Shown piece after piece: positions 26,351 to 37,724 of a DNA stretch of 64,000 nucleotides. Every line of letters begins with the position of its first letter. Positions within the stretch are counted from its first letter, which is position 1. Source of the stretch: Lama guanicoe (lineage: Eukaryota). The notes beneath the pieces were generated by a model. That model was given only the letters and a program-made list of their open reading frames with translations, had not been told where the DNA came from and searched no databases. The stretch spans positions 1,180,826-1,244,825 of the forward strand of contig MU053561.1 of assembly GCA_013239625.1 (NCBI GenBank). The letters run 5' to 3'. The translations under genes were made by a program, and so were the position numbers.

Positions 26351-26810
26351 AGGCAGGAAAAAAAGTGTACCATTTTATTGCTTGAGGAATATGGTTTCTG
26401 GTGAGCAGGAGTTTTCTGGCTAATTTGCAAGCTGATATGGTAAATGTTTTTGAATTATCATTGTATTTTCTGCTCTGATAAGTGTAGTAAGATAATTTAA
26501 TGCTCAAGACTTAGTTCTGTAGTTCCTAACCATGAAATCTTGAGCAATTTATGACCTCGTTTGATATTTACCTTTCTTCATTTGCAAATGGTAATTCTAG
26601 TAACTCTTACTTCTGAAGGTTGTAGCTCAAATAAATTGCTATAAGATAAGCAATTTGTATATTGAAAACACTAAATAATCATGAAACATGGTTACTTTTT
26701 TTTTTTGCTGCTTAGGCTCAATATTTTTAACTTCACACACTGTAGCTATTGATATAGAAGGTATAGGGGATTGTCCTGGAAATTTGTCTCTTTCTCCTAT
26801 AAATAGAGTA

Positions 26811-27121
26811 GAGTTGGCCCTTGGTATCTGAGGGTTCTGTATCTGGAGAGTCAACCAACTGTGAATCAAAAATATTCAAAAAAAATTCCAGAGAGTTCTA
26901 AACCCAAAACTTGGATTCACTGCATCAGCAAAAATGTATGTAGCACTTACATTGTATTAGGTATTATAAGCAATCTAGAAATGATTTAAAGTATATGAGA
27001 GGATGCGTGTAGGTTACTTGCAAATACTATACCACTTGATGTAAGGAACTTGAACATCCCTGGATTTTGGTACCACAGAGGTTTTTGAAACCAATTCCTC
27101 ATAGATACTCAGGGACAACTG
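26811..27121 (-). mobile_element. MER2 (TcMar-Tigger)
   Basis: TACATTGTATTAGGTATTATAAGCAATCTAGAAATGATTTAAAGTATA..GGATTTTGGTA..GAACCAAT-like block..AGGGACAACTG; TA immediately before the left end. Confidence 0.9.
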
Positions 27122-27156
27122 CATTAAAAATTGCCTTTAATTGAAAGATACAATGA

Positions 27157-27475
27157 CAGGTATCCCCTACTTTTCCATAGTTCACTTTACAACAGACCTG
27201 TATCAGTGCCTGTTTTGGGTAACTGAAAGAAATCCAAAGAGGATTTCTGCAGCGAGAGCAGCACCACCATGCTCCTTCCCAGGGAACTACACTCAGCAGC
27301 TCAAACATCCATTATAGCTTTGAGCTGCATCTGTGAGTGTCTGTGCTTTATCTCAGTTTGTTTTGTGCATCTGTTAGCAAGATGTGTCTTAAGGTAATTG
27401 CTTCTTTGCTTTACACCATTTCAGCTTACAGAAAGTTTCATAGGAAAACTCAACTTTAGGATATTGGGAAACCTA
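27157..27475 (-). mobile_element. Non-autonomous TcMar-Tigger-like element (family uncertain)
   Basis: Imperfect TIRs CAGGTATCCCC...GGGAAACCT; internal GTGCATCTGTTAGCAAGATGTGTCTTAAGGTAATTGCTTC recalled from a mammalian DNA transposon. Confidence 0.7.
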
Positions 27476-27596
27476 TATTTGAATTCTGATTAAGAAAGGG
27501 ATGGTACTGAAGTGGTATTTTATTCTTTGGATTGATCTGTGAAATTACTGACTGTTGGAATTAAAGTTTTCTGGTGGTAAGACACATAGGTTGCAA

Positions 27597-27730
27597 TTCA
27601 TTCATTTATTCATTATCTGCATAAATATTTAAGGCTTATCATGTGTCAGGGACTAGGGGTGCAGCATGATGATGAAACCAGGCCCCTGCCTTCAAGGGAT
27701 TCCCAGTCAAATGACAGACACATGTATTAC
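27597..27730 (-). mobile_element. L2 3' tail
   Basis: TTCATTCATTTATTCAT..AAATATTT..ATGTGTCAGG..CCCTGCCTTCAAGG. Confidence 0.75.
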
Positions 27731-28722
27731 AACAGTGATGCCATTTCACTAGAAATGTAATTCATTAAGTATACTAATTAGTTTACTAAATTCTCTCTAG
27801 TGATCCGGATTAAAATATAAGATTTTTAAACACAAATGTGGCTACGTTGACATGGATCATGACTCTAAAGTTCCTTAATTTTACTAAACTACTGTTAAAT
27901 TATTTATAAATTTTCCAACGTAAGATTTTGTTACATCAGACTGGTATTACTTTTGAATATTACTTTATAATCATAACATGATTTGGACTGACACAGTTAT
28001 TCAGGTTTGTAACATGAGAATAGCATGCTTTGTATCCATCAGACTCTTGCCTGTCCTCCAAGAGCCAGCTCAAATACCACTCCTTTGCTTATTTTTTACA
28101 CTTCTCAAAGCCAGAATTAAGAGTTTGCCTCCTTTAAATTCCCCTAAACTTTGCTAATTTTTTTACTATAGTATTCATTTAATTATGCCTTAGATCATAG
28201 TTATATATTAATAATAGAACTTATCCATTAATTTAAGTTTCTTGAAGGCAGGGACCATATCTTTTTTGTCTCACTTATCCGCTCAAATACAGTCTCTTGC
28301 TTGCATTTGACAGAGGAAAGGATTCCGACTCTATCAGGGATTGTTGACTAGAGAGAGAGAAATAGGTGGAACCAAGAATAACCAAAGCCCTAATCTTATG
28401 CCCCGAGCAAAGCGGGGCAGGAATGCGCGGTAGGGGAGGGCACAGGGTCAGGGAAACAGTCATGCAACCCACCCACCCGGGGTCATCATTGGGAGCACAG
28501 GTTCATTCAGAGAAGAGGCTGCAGTTGTGGCAGGTCTTTGGGTGAGAGGTGGTGACTAAATATTAAAGCTCACCAGACTGAGCAGCGGGGGTGGGGGGTG
28601 CTGGTAAATTTTCTGCCTCAGTGAAGAGCTGAAATGATGGAGAATTCGTTGAAGCTATTGATGGAATGAATCTGCGTCCTGCTAGTGAAGGCCAGTGTGT
28701 GGGATTTTAAGTGGGGGTGGCG

Positions 28723-28736
28723 TGTGTGTGTGTGTG
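28723..28736. repeat. (TG)n microsatellite
   Basis: Read directly. Confidence 0.8.
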
Positions 28737-29177
28737 TCTGTGATAATTACAGCAGTGTTTGAAGGAGAAGGAGCGAGGGCAGTGTGGAACAGTGAGCATT
28801 TAGAGATAGGCTGTTGGAACAGTCTTGGCACGGGTGATAAAGTCCTAGATTAAAAAGATGGCAGTGGAAATGGAAGAAAAGAACTGCTGTTTGAAAGGAA
28901 ATACAGCCAAGTTATACGTGCACTATCCCAAAGCCAATTCTTTTTTCTTTTAAAAATTTTCTTGAAGGGGAATTGTTAGATACCAACCAAACTGTTATTT
29001 AAAGAGTCATTTAAGAAAGTGTTTTATAGCTAGCCCATATTTGAAAAATTACAAATAAAATACAGTCTCATTTATTTTATTGATTGGAAGGAACTGAGTC
29101 TTAAATCAGTTTCGTCGTAAACTTTATTCGAGGACACACAATCGTCTGACCCAGCTCACGCTGGGCGGCGAGCGCCG

Positions 29178-29285
29178 GTTCTGAGTCAGGCTGCCCAGGT
29201 TTGCACTTCAGCCCTGCTGCTGTGTCGCGGTGTGAGCTTGGGCAAGTTACCTGCCCTCCGTCAGTCTCAGTTACTGCACTGTGTT
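29178..29285 (+). mobile_element. MIR
   Basis: GAGTCAGGCTGCCCAGGTTTG..GTGTGAGCTTGGGCAAGTTAC..TCTCAGTT. Confidence 0.75.
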
Positions 29286-29426
29286 GTGTAGATTACACCA
29301 CGCAGCTTGGGCTGCTCCAGTCAGCTGTGGCTGGGGGAAGGGAGCCAAAACGTTCCACCATGGCTGCCGAACGCCCTCACCTGGGTTAGGGGGATGCTGC
29401 TTCACCGAAAAACAAGGAGGGGGCGG

Positions 29427-29601
29427 CAAGGCCAGCTTCATGGCCGTGTGACTTGTGTGGTCACACAGGGTCTCAGGCTCAGAAGGGCCCACTCTTGGTT
29501 TAATGCTGTTGCAGTCTTGAAATTCCTAATAATTTTTGAATAAGGGCTGGCCCTGCATTTTCACTTTGCACTGGGAACTGCCAGTTATGTAGTAGGTCCT
29601 G
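29427..29601 (+). mobile_element. MER45A (hAT-Tip100)
   Basis: CAAGGCCAGCTTCATGG..GCTCAGAAGGGCCC..TTGGTTTAATGC..GTCTTGAAATTC..TTATGTAG..GGTCCTG; near-TSD GAGGGGG on both sides. Confidence 0.9.
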
Positions 29602-29639
29602 GAGGGGGTCATTACGAGCTTAGCAGATACAGCCTAAAG

Positions 29640-29767
29640 TAGTGTTTCTCAACACTGACTGCACGTTAGAATCACTGGGGAACTTCTAAAAAATGCAGAT
29701 GATCAGACCAATTAATTCAGGCCCTCTGGAAGTGAGGTACAACCACGGGCATTTCTGAGAAACACTA
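29640..29767. mobile_element. MER5-type MITE
   Basis: TIRs TAGTGTTTCTCA...TGAGAAACACTA; internal TTAGAATCACTGGGG. Confidence 0.75.
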
Positions 29768-29899
29768 TCTTAGACAGAAACATTTCTACATTTTCATATA
29801 CTGCTGTTCTCTGTGTAGCATTTCTCATTTCAAAATCTTACTTTTTCCATGACTAATAAAGCAGGAGCTCAGGATGCTCGAGCTGATGCTCGTGACCAT

Positions 29900-30320
29900 T
29901 CATAGTCTGGCTCCACACTCTGCTGCAGTTTCGCACGCTACATTTTTTAAGGCACTTAATGCTCCATCCTAATTTGACAGCTCACCATTCTGCGAATACG
30001 GGTTGCTTTTGCTCATGCAGTGCCCCCAACCAGGATGTCCTCTGCTTCCATCCACCTACTCTGTAAGATGGTATTCCAATGCAATCCCCTTCTTAAAGGT
30101 TTCTCTCAGATCTGTCTCTTCCTTAGATATTCACAGCTTCATCGGTAAAGCTTAATAACATCTGTTCTTCCTTGTTTTATGTTTATTTGTTTCTTACTTC
30201 TTGCACATGCTTCTTCAAGGGTAGGTAACATGTCTTCTAATTGTTATATTCTCCACAATAGCAAGCATGGTTCTAGGGGCCCACCAACAGCTGTTTAAAT
30301 ATATACTTTAGTGCATGAGC
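29900..30320 (+). mobile_element. L2 fragment
   Basis: CTTTTGCTCATGCAGTGCCC..TTCTTCAAGGGTAGG..ATATTCTCCACA. Confidence 0.55.
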
Positions 30321-31379
30321 AGCTGAGCCTTATTGCACTTATTGACTAAACCATACATTTTGTGTAATACTTAGCAGTATGTAGTCATCCATTTGCCAAC
30401 AAAACCTAAAGATTATTTGAGAATAGAGAAATCATGTAAGTTTACTGAGGCTGAAATCAAACCTTCAAATGACTGCATTAGGTCTGAATCTGTTCCAGCC
30501 ACCAGGGTATGAGATGTGGCCCGAAAGCCCAAGTGCCATTGGAGAATTGAGCAAGAAATAGTAAGCTTAATTGCATTATTGTTTTCTGATTAAAAAAGTA
30601 TATTCGTATTTAAAGATAGTTAGAGTAATTTGAAGGGCCTTGAGACTACTCTAAATGTCTTCCTACTTAACTTAAGAATATATGAAATTTTACTCCCTTC
30701 CTTTGAGGGAAGAGATTATTGCCTGTTATAATGCAGATATCCTTAGGAAAGAAGAACCATCTCTCATATAAGGATATTGTAACTGCCTCCTAGTAGGTAA
30801 ATCCATGTCCAGCTTTGCCTCCTTCTGGTCTGTTTTTCACCAGAATGATTTATTGAAATGCAGTTATGATCTCTCTCTACCATCCATTCCAGTTAAAACA
30901 TTTTTTCATCTCCTTAATTGCTCTGAAAACAAAGGCCACAATGTAAATACCACGAAAGGTACAGAAGGATGAGGAAAGGTGAGGAGATGGAAAAGTAACC
31001 ACTTAATGGTTTTGCAGAGTCTGATCCCTTCAGTTGACTCATTTGTTCCTCCTTTGCTCTTCTCCATCACGTCAGCACAGCAAGGGACTCCCCAAAGCAG
31101 GGATTCATATGTGACTGTTGTCTTTAAAAAGTCTTAAAAGTATTCTACAATGGCTGTAACATTCTGACAGAGAAAAATTAGATGGCAGACGAACAGCTGT
31201 GAGATCCTGGGGTGCAAGGTCTAATTTCTAGCATATTATTTGGTCAACCAAAAATTCTCTTTGCAATAACAATCAAACCATTTCCCTTGCTTGTGTGCGG
31301 TTTTTCCATTGCGTCATCTGTATGGGAACTGAGTGACCCATGGTAAAGTTCCCAACACATCCTGACTTTACCCGGGTGA

Positions 31380-32803
31380 TGAAGCTATGATGTAGTAAGA
31401 CATTATAAAATTAATAGAGGGAAATTATCATATGTCTGATTAAACAACTTTTAACAACACAGCTTACAAGCTGGGTATACGTAAATTCTGTACCCAATGA
31501 ATAGTGATTACACATTTCTTTCAGAATTACATTAAATATTTATAAAACTTAACCACATACCGATCCAGAGAGGAGGTTTCTTGCAATTTTAAACATTCTG
31601 TGCAAACCAGTATGCAATAAAATTAGAAATCAGTAATAAAAAGATACCCCAAAAGTGTTGTATTAAAACAAATCATGAGGGAAGCTGAAAAGAATCACAC
31701 TTGTAAATAATTCATACATTAAGGAGAGGAAATCATAGTGAATTAAAAAATATTTGGAAGATAAATGACAGTGAAAGCATTACTTACCAGAACAGGTTGT
31801 ATACTCTTAAAATAGTATTTGATGGGGGAATTTATAACCTGAAAAGCACATACTAGAAAATTAAAAAGATACTAAAAATCAATAAACTACTTAACTAATG
31901 AAGGTAAGAAAAAGAATTATAGAATTAAGACAAAGCAGAAGAAAGGAGCAAATGATAAGGATAAGAGGAAAATAGCATGACAGACAACAAATAGCAGGGG
32001 TGATCAAGAAAAATAAAAACTGGTACTTTGAACAAACAGAAGGAACAAGGCTCAAGAGACAGAAATAATATTAAGAATGAGTATGGTAACATGACCACAC
32101 ATGAAGCGGACAATGCTAATAATTTTAAAAATATACAATATTATATATTCTATATGCCAATAATTTTGAAAATGTGGATGAAACCAATTTATGTAAAATA
32201 CAGTTTAACAAAATTGATTCACAAAGAATGACAAAACCTTAATGATGGAGCAATCATTAAAGACAAGTAGAATCAGTTTTAATTTAAAAAAAAACCTTCT
32301 TGAAATAAAGCATTATATTCAGAGACTTTATAAACACACTTTACTATTCCTTTAGGAAATTGACAATTTTCATCTACATAATTTGTTTCAGTAAAGAAAA
32401 ATGAAAAGTCTTGAAAGAAAATAGAGTCAAGAATAGCTCAAGAGAATAGAATTATAGCCCACTGTGAGTTAGAAACATGCATATTCAAAACTTCTAAAGA
32501 AAATATCAACAAAATAAATCACTATATGCAAATAATACATTGATATCAAGCAGTGTTTATAAAGTTCAAAGGTGGTTCCACATAGAAAACATACCAATTT
32601 AGATCAACACTTCAACAGATTAAAGAAGGAAACCATATAGTTATCTCAATGTATGCTGGCAAAAAATGATTAAAAAGTTCAACTTATTTATGATGATAAC
32701 TAAGATTAGAAGGAAGCATTCTCAACATGATGTAAAAACATATCTACTCCAAACTACAGCAAATACTTTACTTAAAAAAGAAACTTTTGAACTATTTCTG
32801 TTT
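31380..32803 (+). mobile_element. Ancient L1 ORF2 region
   Basis: AATAAAATTAGAAATCAGTAA, TATGCCAATAATTTTGAAAA, TATCTCAATGTATGC..AAAAGTTCAAC, CAGCAAATA..AAACTTTTGAA are collinear L1 ORF2 motifs. Confidence 0.8.
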
Positions 32804-32816
32804 AAGTCAGTGTGCT

Positions 32817-32926
32817 GAATATGATAACGAATATATGTATGTACATATATGACTATTAGGCTATACACCAGAAACTGAGATAACATTGTAAACTGACTAT
32901 ACTGCAATAAAAATAAAAAGTAAATA
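32817..32926 (+). mobile_element. Short 5'-truncated young L1 3' end with 13-bp TSD
   Basis: GCTATACACCAGAAACTGAGATAACATTGTAAACTGACTATACTGCAATAAAA, flanked by AAGTCAGTGTGCT at 32804-32816 and 32927-32939. Confidence 0.9.
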
Positions 32927-32933
32927 AAGTCAG

Positions 32934-33200
32934 TGTGCTAGCTGTCTTCTGTTTGTTCCTGCAGATCCCCTGTCCACCCTTCTCCACTTTGCCCTGTGCC
33001 CCAGGAGCCTGGAGTTTACATCCAGGGGCTCCCTTGCCAGCTGGTTTTCAGTTGCCACCAGAGAGTGGGGAACCCCAGACCTGAGAGAGGAAAGAGAATC
33101 AAGTCAGTATTTATTGCCTGTTTTCTTCCATGTGAAGTCACCCTGGGCTGGCTCTTCTAATGCAGGTCATTACTCTTCTTAAGGTGAACTGCCTTACATG
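32934..33200 (+). mobile_element. LTR33 (ERVL) 5' part
   Basis: TGTGCTAG..CAGATCC..TCCACCCTTCTCCAC..CTGTGCCCCAGGAG..GGGCTCCCTTGCC..GTATTTATT. Confidence 0.8.
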
Positions 33201-34133
33201 ACAAATGTGTTGTCTACACATATCATTTCATCTCTTCATGTGTGTACATGTGTGTTGTACCTCAGTACTTTCCTACTTACATTAATAGGTCCTCAGTTGT
33301 AGCTAATTATGTAAGAATTGTAAGATCAATTGTGCTCTTAGGTATCCATGATCACGTCTGACATTTGCTGTATTTTTTTATTTGCATATATGAGTACAAG
33401 TAATTAAATAGCCAAAAGAAGCTCTCTTCTAATTTTTGCTGCTGTTATTCTGACTCTAATTTACTGAATGCAGAGTAGATCCTCAGTGAGAGATGTTCGT
33501 TATCAGTGTAGGAACTAGCTATCTTCTGTTTTACCCATTTTGCAGTAAAATCATTTGTAAGCTCAAAACTGCTGACATATTTACACCAAAATAATATTCC
33601 TTTGTTTAGTTTTGTGATTTCTTCTTAGTTTCATGTCCTTTCCCACTTTCTCTTTTTCTGACTTCCTAATACTTTTTTCTTTTACTTCATAGTTTTTACA
33701 CCGTTTCACCTCAAGTTCGAGCTCTTGGGCTTTTTTCGTCCATTTTCTTTCTATTATTTCCCTCATCTGTTTCTAGCTTCAGTTTTAATGCAGGCTCCCT
33801 GACAAAACTCTGGACTCTCAGTTTAGTTTCATGCTCCTCCTGGGAACTGACTTAATGTTTTCCTCTAACGAGCCGTTGATACAGATTGCTCAGCTGTGGA
33901 TTTGTTGGGGAAGTGCATGCCTGCAACTTCAAGTCCATTATTCTTATGATTAAAAAAAAAATCCCTGTGCTCTCTCCCTTACCTCTACTTTCATTGTGTC
34001 TTGACTTTGAAGGTTGGAAGGTCTCCAGTCAGAAATTTCTGGAAGAAACTTTTTGCCTCTAGAGCTTTGCAAATCAGAACTTTAAGAAACAAGCTCAATA
34101 GCTTAAAACATGAATGATTCTTGCAGGTTCTCT

Positions 34134-34443
34134 CTCTCTTTCTCATTTAATTGAAGTGTGGTCACTTTACAATGTTGCATCAGTTTCTGGTGTACAGCAT
34201 AATGTTCCAGTCATCCATGTACATACATATGTTCCTTTTCATAATAGGTTACTACAAGATATTGAATCTTTTTCCTTGTGCTATATAGTATAAACTCGTT
34301 GCTTCTCTATTTTATATATAATAGTTAATATCTGCAAATCTCGAACTCCCAATTTCTCTCTTCCCTTCCTCTTTTCCTCCTGGTAACCATAAGTTTGTTT
34401 TCTATGTCCGTGAGTCTGTTTCTGGTTTTAAATAAGTCTGGTG
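34134..34443 (-). mobile_element. L1 3' end (camelid/artiodactyl type), truncated
   Basis: TTTAATTGAAGT..TTTCTGGTGTACAGCATA..GGTAACCATAAGTTTGTTTTCTATGTC; possible TSD GGTTCTCT (34126-34133 / 34444-34451). Confidence 0.9.
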
Positions 34444-34684
34444 GGTTCTCTTTTAAACGTTGATTTTGTAAGCCAATTTGTTAGTCTACAGATAGCAGTA
34501 TCTAAGCCTAGGATCTAGGGTCACAGACAGTGTGGTGCTGCTGGGTGGTTTTCTACAGCCACACTGGCCTTCAATTCATCAGCTCAGTCTTTCTTTAGAG
34601 GTTTAGGGCCTCCATAAAGAGCTCGTGTAAACTGGAGCCATAGGGATGTTCTGTCAATTCCCAAATGGGTATTTACTCTCTTAT

Positions 34685-35200
34685 TAAAATTGAAGTATAG
34701 TTGATTTACAATATTATGTTAATTTCAGGTGTACAGCATAATGATTCAGTATTTTTACAGATTATACTCCATTAAAAGTTATTATAAGATAATGGTTATA
34801 ATTCCCTGTTCTATATAATATATCCTTGTTGCTCATCTGTTTTATACATTGTAGCTTGTATCTCTTAATCCCATGCTCCTAGTGTGCCCTCCCTGTTTCC
34901 TCTCCCCTTTGGTAACTACTAGTTTATTTTCTGTATCTGTGAATCTGTTTCTGTTTTGCATATATGTTCATTTGTATTATTTTTTAGATTTCACATATAA
35001 GTGATGTCATACAGTATTTGCCTTTCTCTGTCTGACTTATTTAACTGAATGTAACATTCTCTAGGTCCATCCCTGTTGCTGCAAATGGCAGAATTTCATT
35101 CTTTATATGGCTGAGTAATACTCCTCTGTATATGTATATCTATGTGTGTATATATATATACACACATACCACATTTGCTTTATCCCATCACTGACAAAGT
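34685..35200 (-). mobile_element. L1 3' end (artiodactyl type), truncated
   Basis: AATTGAAGTATAGTTGATTTACAAT..TTTAGATTTCACATATAAGTGA..GTTGCTGCAAATGGCA; possible TSD TCTCTTAT. Confidence 0.9.
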
Positions 35201-36027
35201 TCTCTTATGAATTCTCTCAAATAGGTTCAGTTCTTAGGTATGTATTAAAAGACCATTTATTTCACTAGGTTAAAATATGGTGTTAATGAGCCTGAGGTCT
35301 AAATCTCGTTCAGTCCAGCTTGATTCTTTTAATGAGACAGTTTTCCTCTTGCAGAGGGAAGTGTTGTTTGAGTAGGATAGACTGAGCTCCCCATTCTAGT
35401 CAGCTTTGTAAACATGTGCTGTAAGTTGTAAGGAGGTGGGATATAGTGGTCTCAGTGGCAGCTGATGAATAATCCTGCCTGAGAAGAAAGTTGTTTGTCA
35501 GCAGAACCATTTTCATTAAGGTCAACAGGAAAACTTCAATAATTATAATCATGATTTCTAAATCATCTAAGTATTTTTATGTAAAAATTAGTTTGGAGCC
35601 TGAATTATTTGGATAAGTATGTGTGCGTGCACACACTCATTATCCTTTTACACCCAAGGATCATCTACTTTTTACTCAGTAAAATCTAAGGTAGTATGTC
35701 CACATCATAAAAAGATAAAATGGTTGTAAATTATTTTCTCAAATTCCTCATTTTCCAAATATATATTTCACCAGAAGTATATTTTCTGATGATTTATGGA
35801 AACATATGAATGGAACAGAGGCTAAAAATGTTTTCATGGTACTTAAAAATCTCGTTGAATTTACCCCATCTTTCCTGTTGTTTTTTTTTTAAGTTCATTG
35901 TAAATAGTCCAGGATTCATTAGCTATTTTACGACTCCCTGCTTAGATATAAATCAGTGTTCCTTGACAAGTATTTAGTTTTGCCAGTTATTTTTTCTCCA
36001 CTAAAGTAAAGTTGTGACTCACTGAAG

Positions 36028-36199
36028 CTGATCACTGTTGGGAAAAGAGGGCTGTCTTTCCACCTCTTCACATTTTCAGAGTCCATGCCCACAGAGGGAG
36101 GTACAGGACTGAAGATTCCTGCTTCCTCTCCACCTCCCCGCAACCAGATCCTCCCACTAGGAGATAAATAGCTAATCTGATTGTTCAGATATTGGCATT
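36028..36199 (+). repeat. 172-bp dispersed direct repeat, copy 1
   Basis: Aligns to 37553-37724 with 6 substitutions and no gaps (hand alignment). Confidence 0.97.
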
Positions 36200-37125
36200 C
36201 AGGTTATAACTAAGTGGGGGTCACTGTCCATCAAAAGCTAGAAACAAGTTCCACTCTGTCTTTGCAACTGCCTGTCTCATGGAGCAGTAAGGAAGGAGCT
36301 GGCTAGGTGATCTGACCCTTGTGCAAGTCTATTAGCCAGAGGTGGGAGGCATAGAGAAATGGCAGGATTTAGGCACATCATATTTCACTATGTAGACAAA
36401 GCCCTTTCCAGATTGTAAATTTTAAGAAACAATTTGGATGAATTATTTTTCTTCGTTGTTTTCCTTTGAACCATAATATTCCATTGGAACATGAAGGCAA
36501 TTAGTGAATGTATTTGGCCTCATTAACCAAGAAATATTCTGACCAAAAGAGAAGAGCAAAAAATAGATACGTCGTGAATAATGGAGTTCTGTTATAAGAC
36601 TTGCCAACAAACTACTCCAACATGGAACTGTTCTCAATCAGAAGAGTCAGAGGTGCTCTGGCCAGTTGATTGCTCATTACATTCCACTTTAGTTAAGAAT
36701 GTGGCTAAGTAATTAGAGAATATATATTTTTCTGTTGGTTATTTGCTTGCATTTGGTTTGTGACTAAATTAATAACAATAACTTCTAACATATTTATTCA
36801 GATATGTAACTTATTTCTGATTTTCTATTTCTACTTATCGACCTTCTACTCATCTGATAATGTCCCTTCAGAGACTGAAATTGTTCAGTGGCTTCTCATA
36901 TATTTTTCAGAATAAAATTAAAACTTCTTAATTTAGGCGCTCTTGGCTGTTCGTGATCATATTCCCACATATCTCTCATATCCAACTACAACGAATATTT
37001 AAAAGCCAGCTCAGTCAACAGCATATGCCTCAGAAGTAAGGTTTTTCCATGTTCTTCCTCCTGCTTACTTGCTCAATTTTTTTGTTTGCTTTTTCACTTG
37101 TTCCATCTTTCTAGGTCTTTCTTAC

Positions 37126-37354
37126 CCTGGGCTCCATGTCTTTGGCTCTGTAATTGGACATGGTATCTATTGTGGCCCTTCTGTTATTTTTTCTTGAAGA
37201 AACTAGTTTAGACTCCCGTCTCTGGCTTATAAGCCTTGCTTTTCTGCTTGATCTTGAATATTTGACTTGTGGCTTTCTCTCGTTTTCGGCATTTCCAACA
37301 ATTCCATCCACAGTGGAACCCCTCAGTGCCTGCCTCTTATCTCCCCCTGCCTCC
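37126..37354 (-). other. Candidate spliced exon (229 nt), product unknown
   Basis: Minus strand: TTCACTCTTTTTGCAG| acceptor and AGG|GTAAGA donor; one frame open throughout. Confidence 0.35.
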
Positions 37355-37552
37355 CTGCAAAAAGAGTGAATCAGGTGCTTGGTAAGCATGGAATTTAAGA
37401 AGTGCATTCTTGGAAGCTCTTACTGGCTGGAGCCATCACCTTATGCACTATATAGGAAGCCCTACCAAAAGGAGTGGATACTTGCATCCTGTGGCCAGGC
37501 TGTCTTTTTTCTGGACTGAGCTGGAGATCCATGAACAAAATCTTACTCATCC

Positions 37553-37724
37553 CTGATCAGTGTTGGGAAAGGAGGGCTGTCTTCCCACCTCTTCACATTT
37601 TCAGAGTCCATGCCCACAGAGGGAGGTACAGGACTGAAGATTCCTGCTTCCTCTCCACCTCCCCGCCACCGGATCCTCCCACTAGGAGATAAATAGCTAA
37701 TCCGATTGTTCAGATATTGGCATT
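37553..37724 (+). repeat. 172-bp dispersed direct repeat, copy 2
   Basis: Aligns to 36028-36199. Confidence 0.97.

Noticed and set aside
33581..33766. Lys/Glu-rich coiled-coil-like ORF
   Set aside because: Explained by A/G-rich composition; no convincing splice sites or homology
36028..37724. Direct repeats as the LTRs of a small retrotransposon
   Set aside because: No TSD outside the pair, no primer-binding site after copy 1, no polypurine tract before copy 2, no AATAAA in the unit; the interior includes an ordinary L2-like remnant
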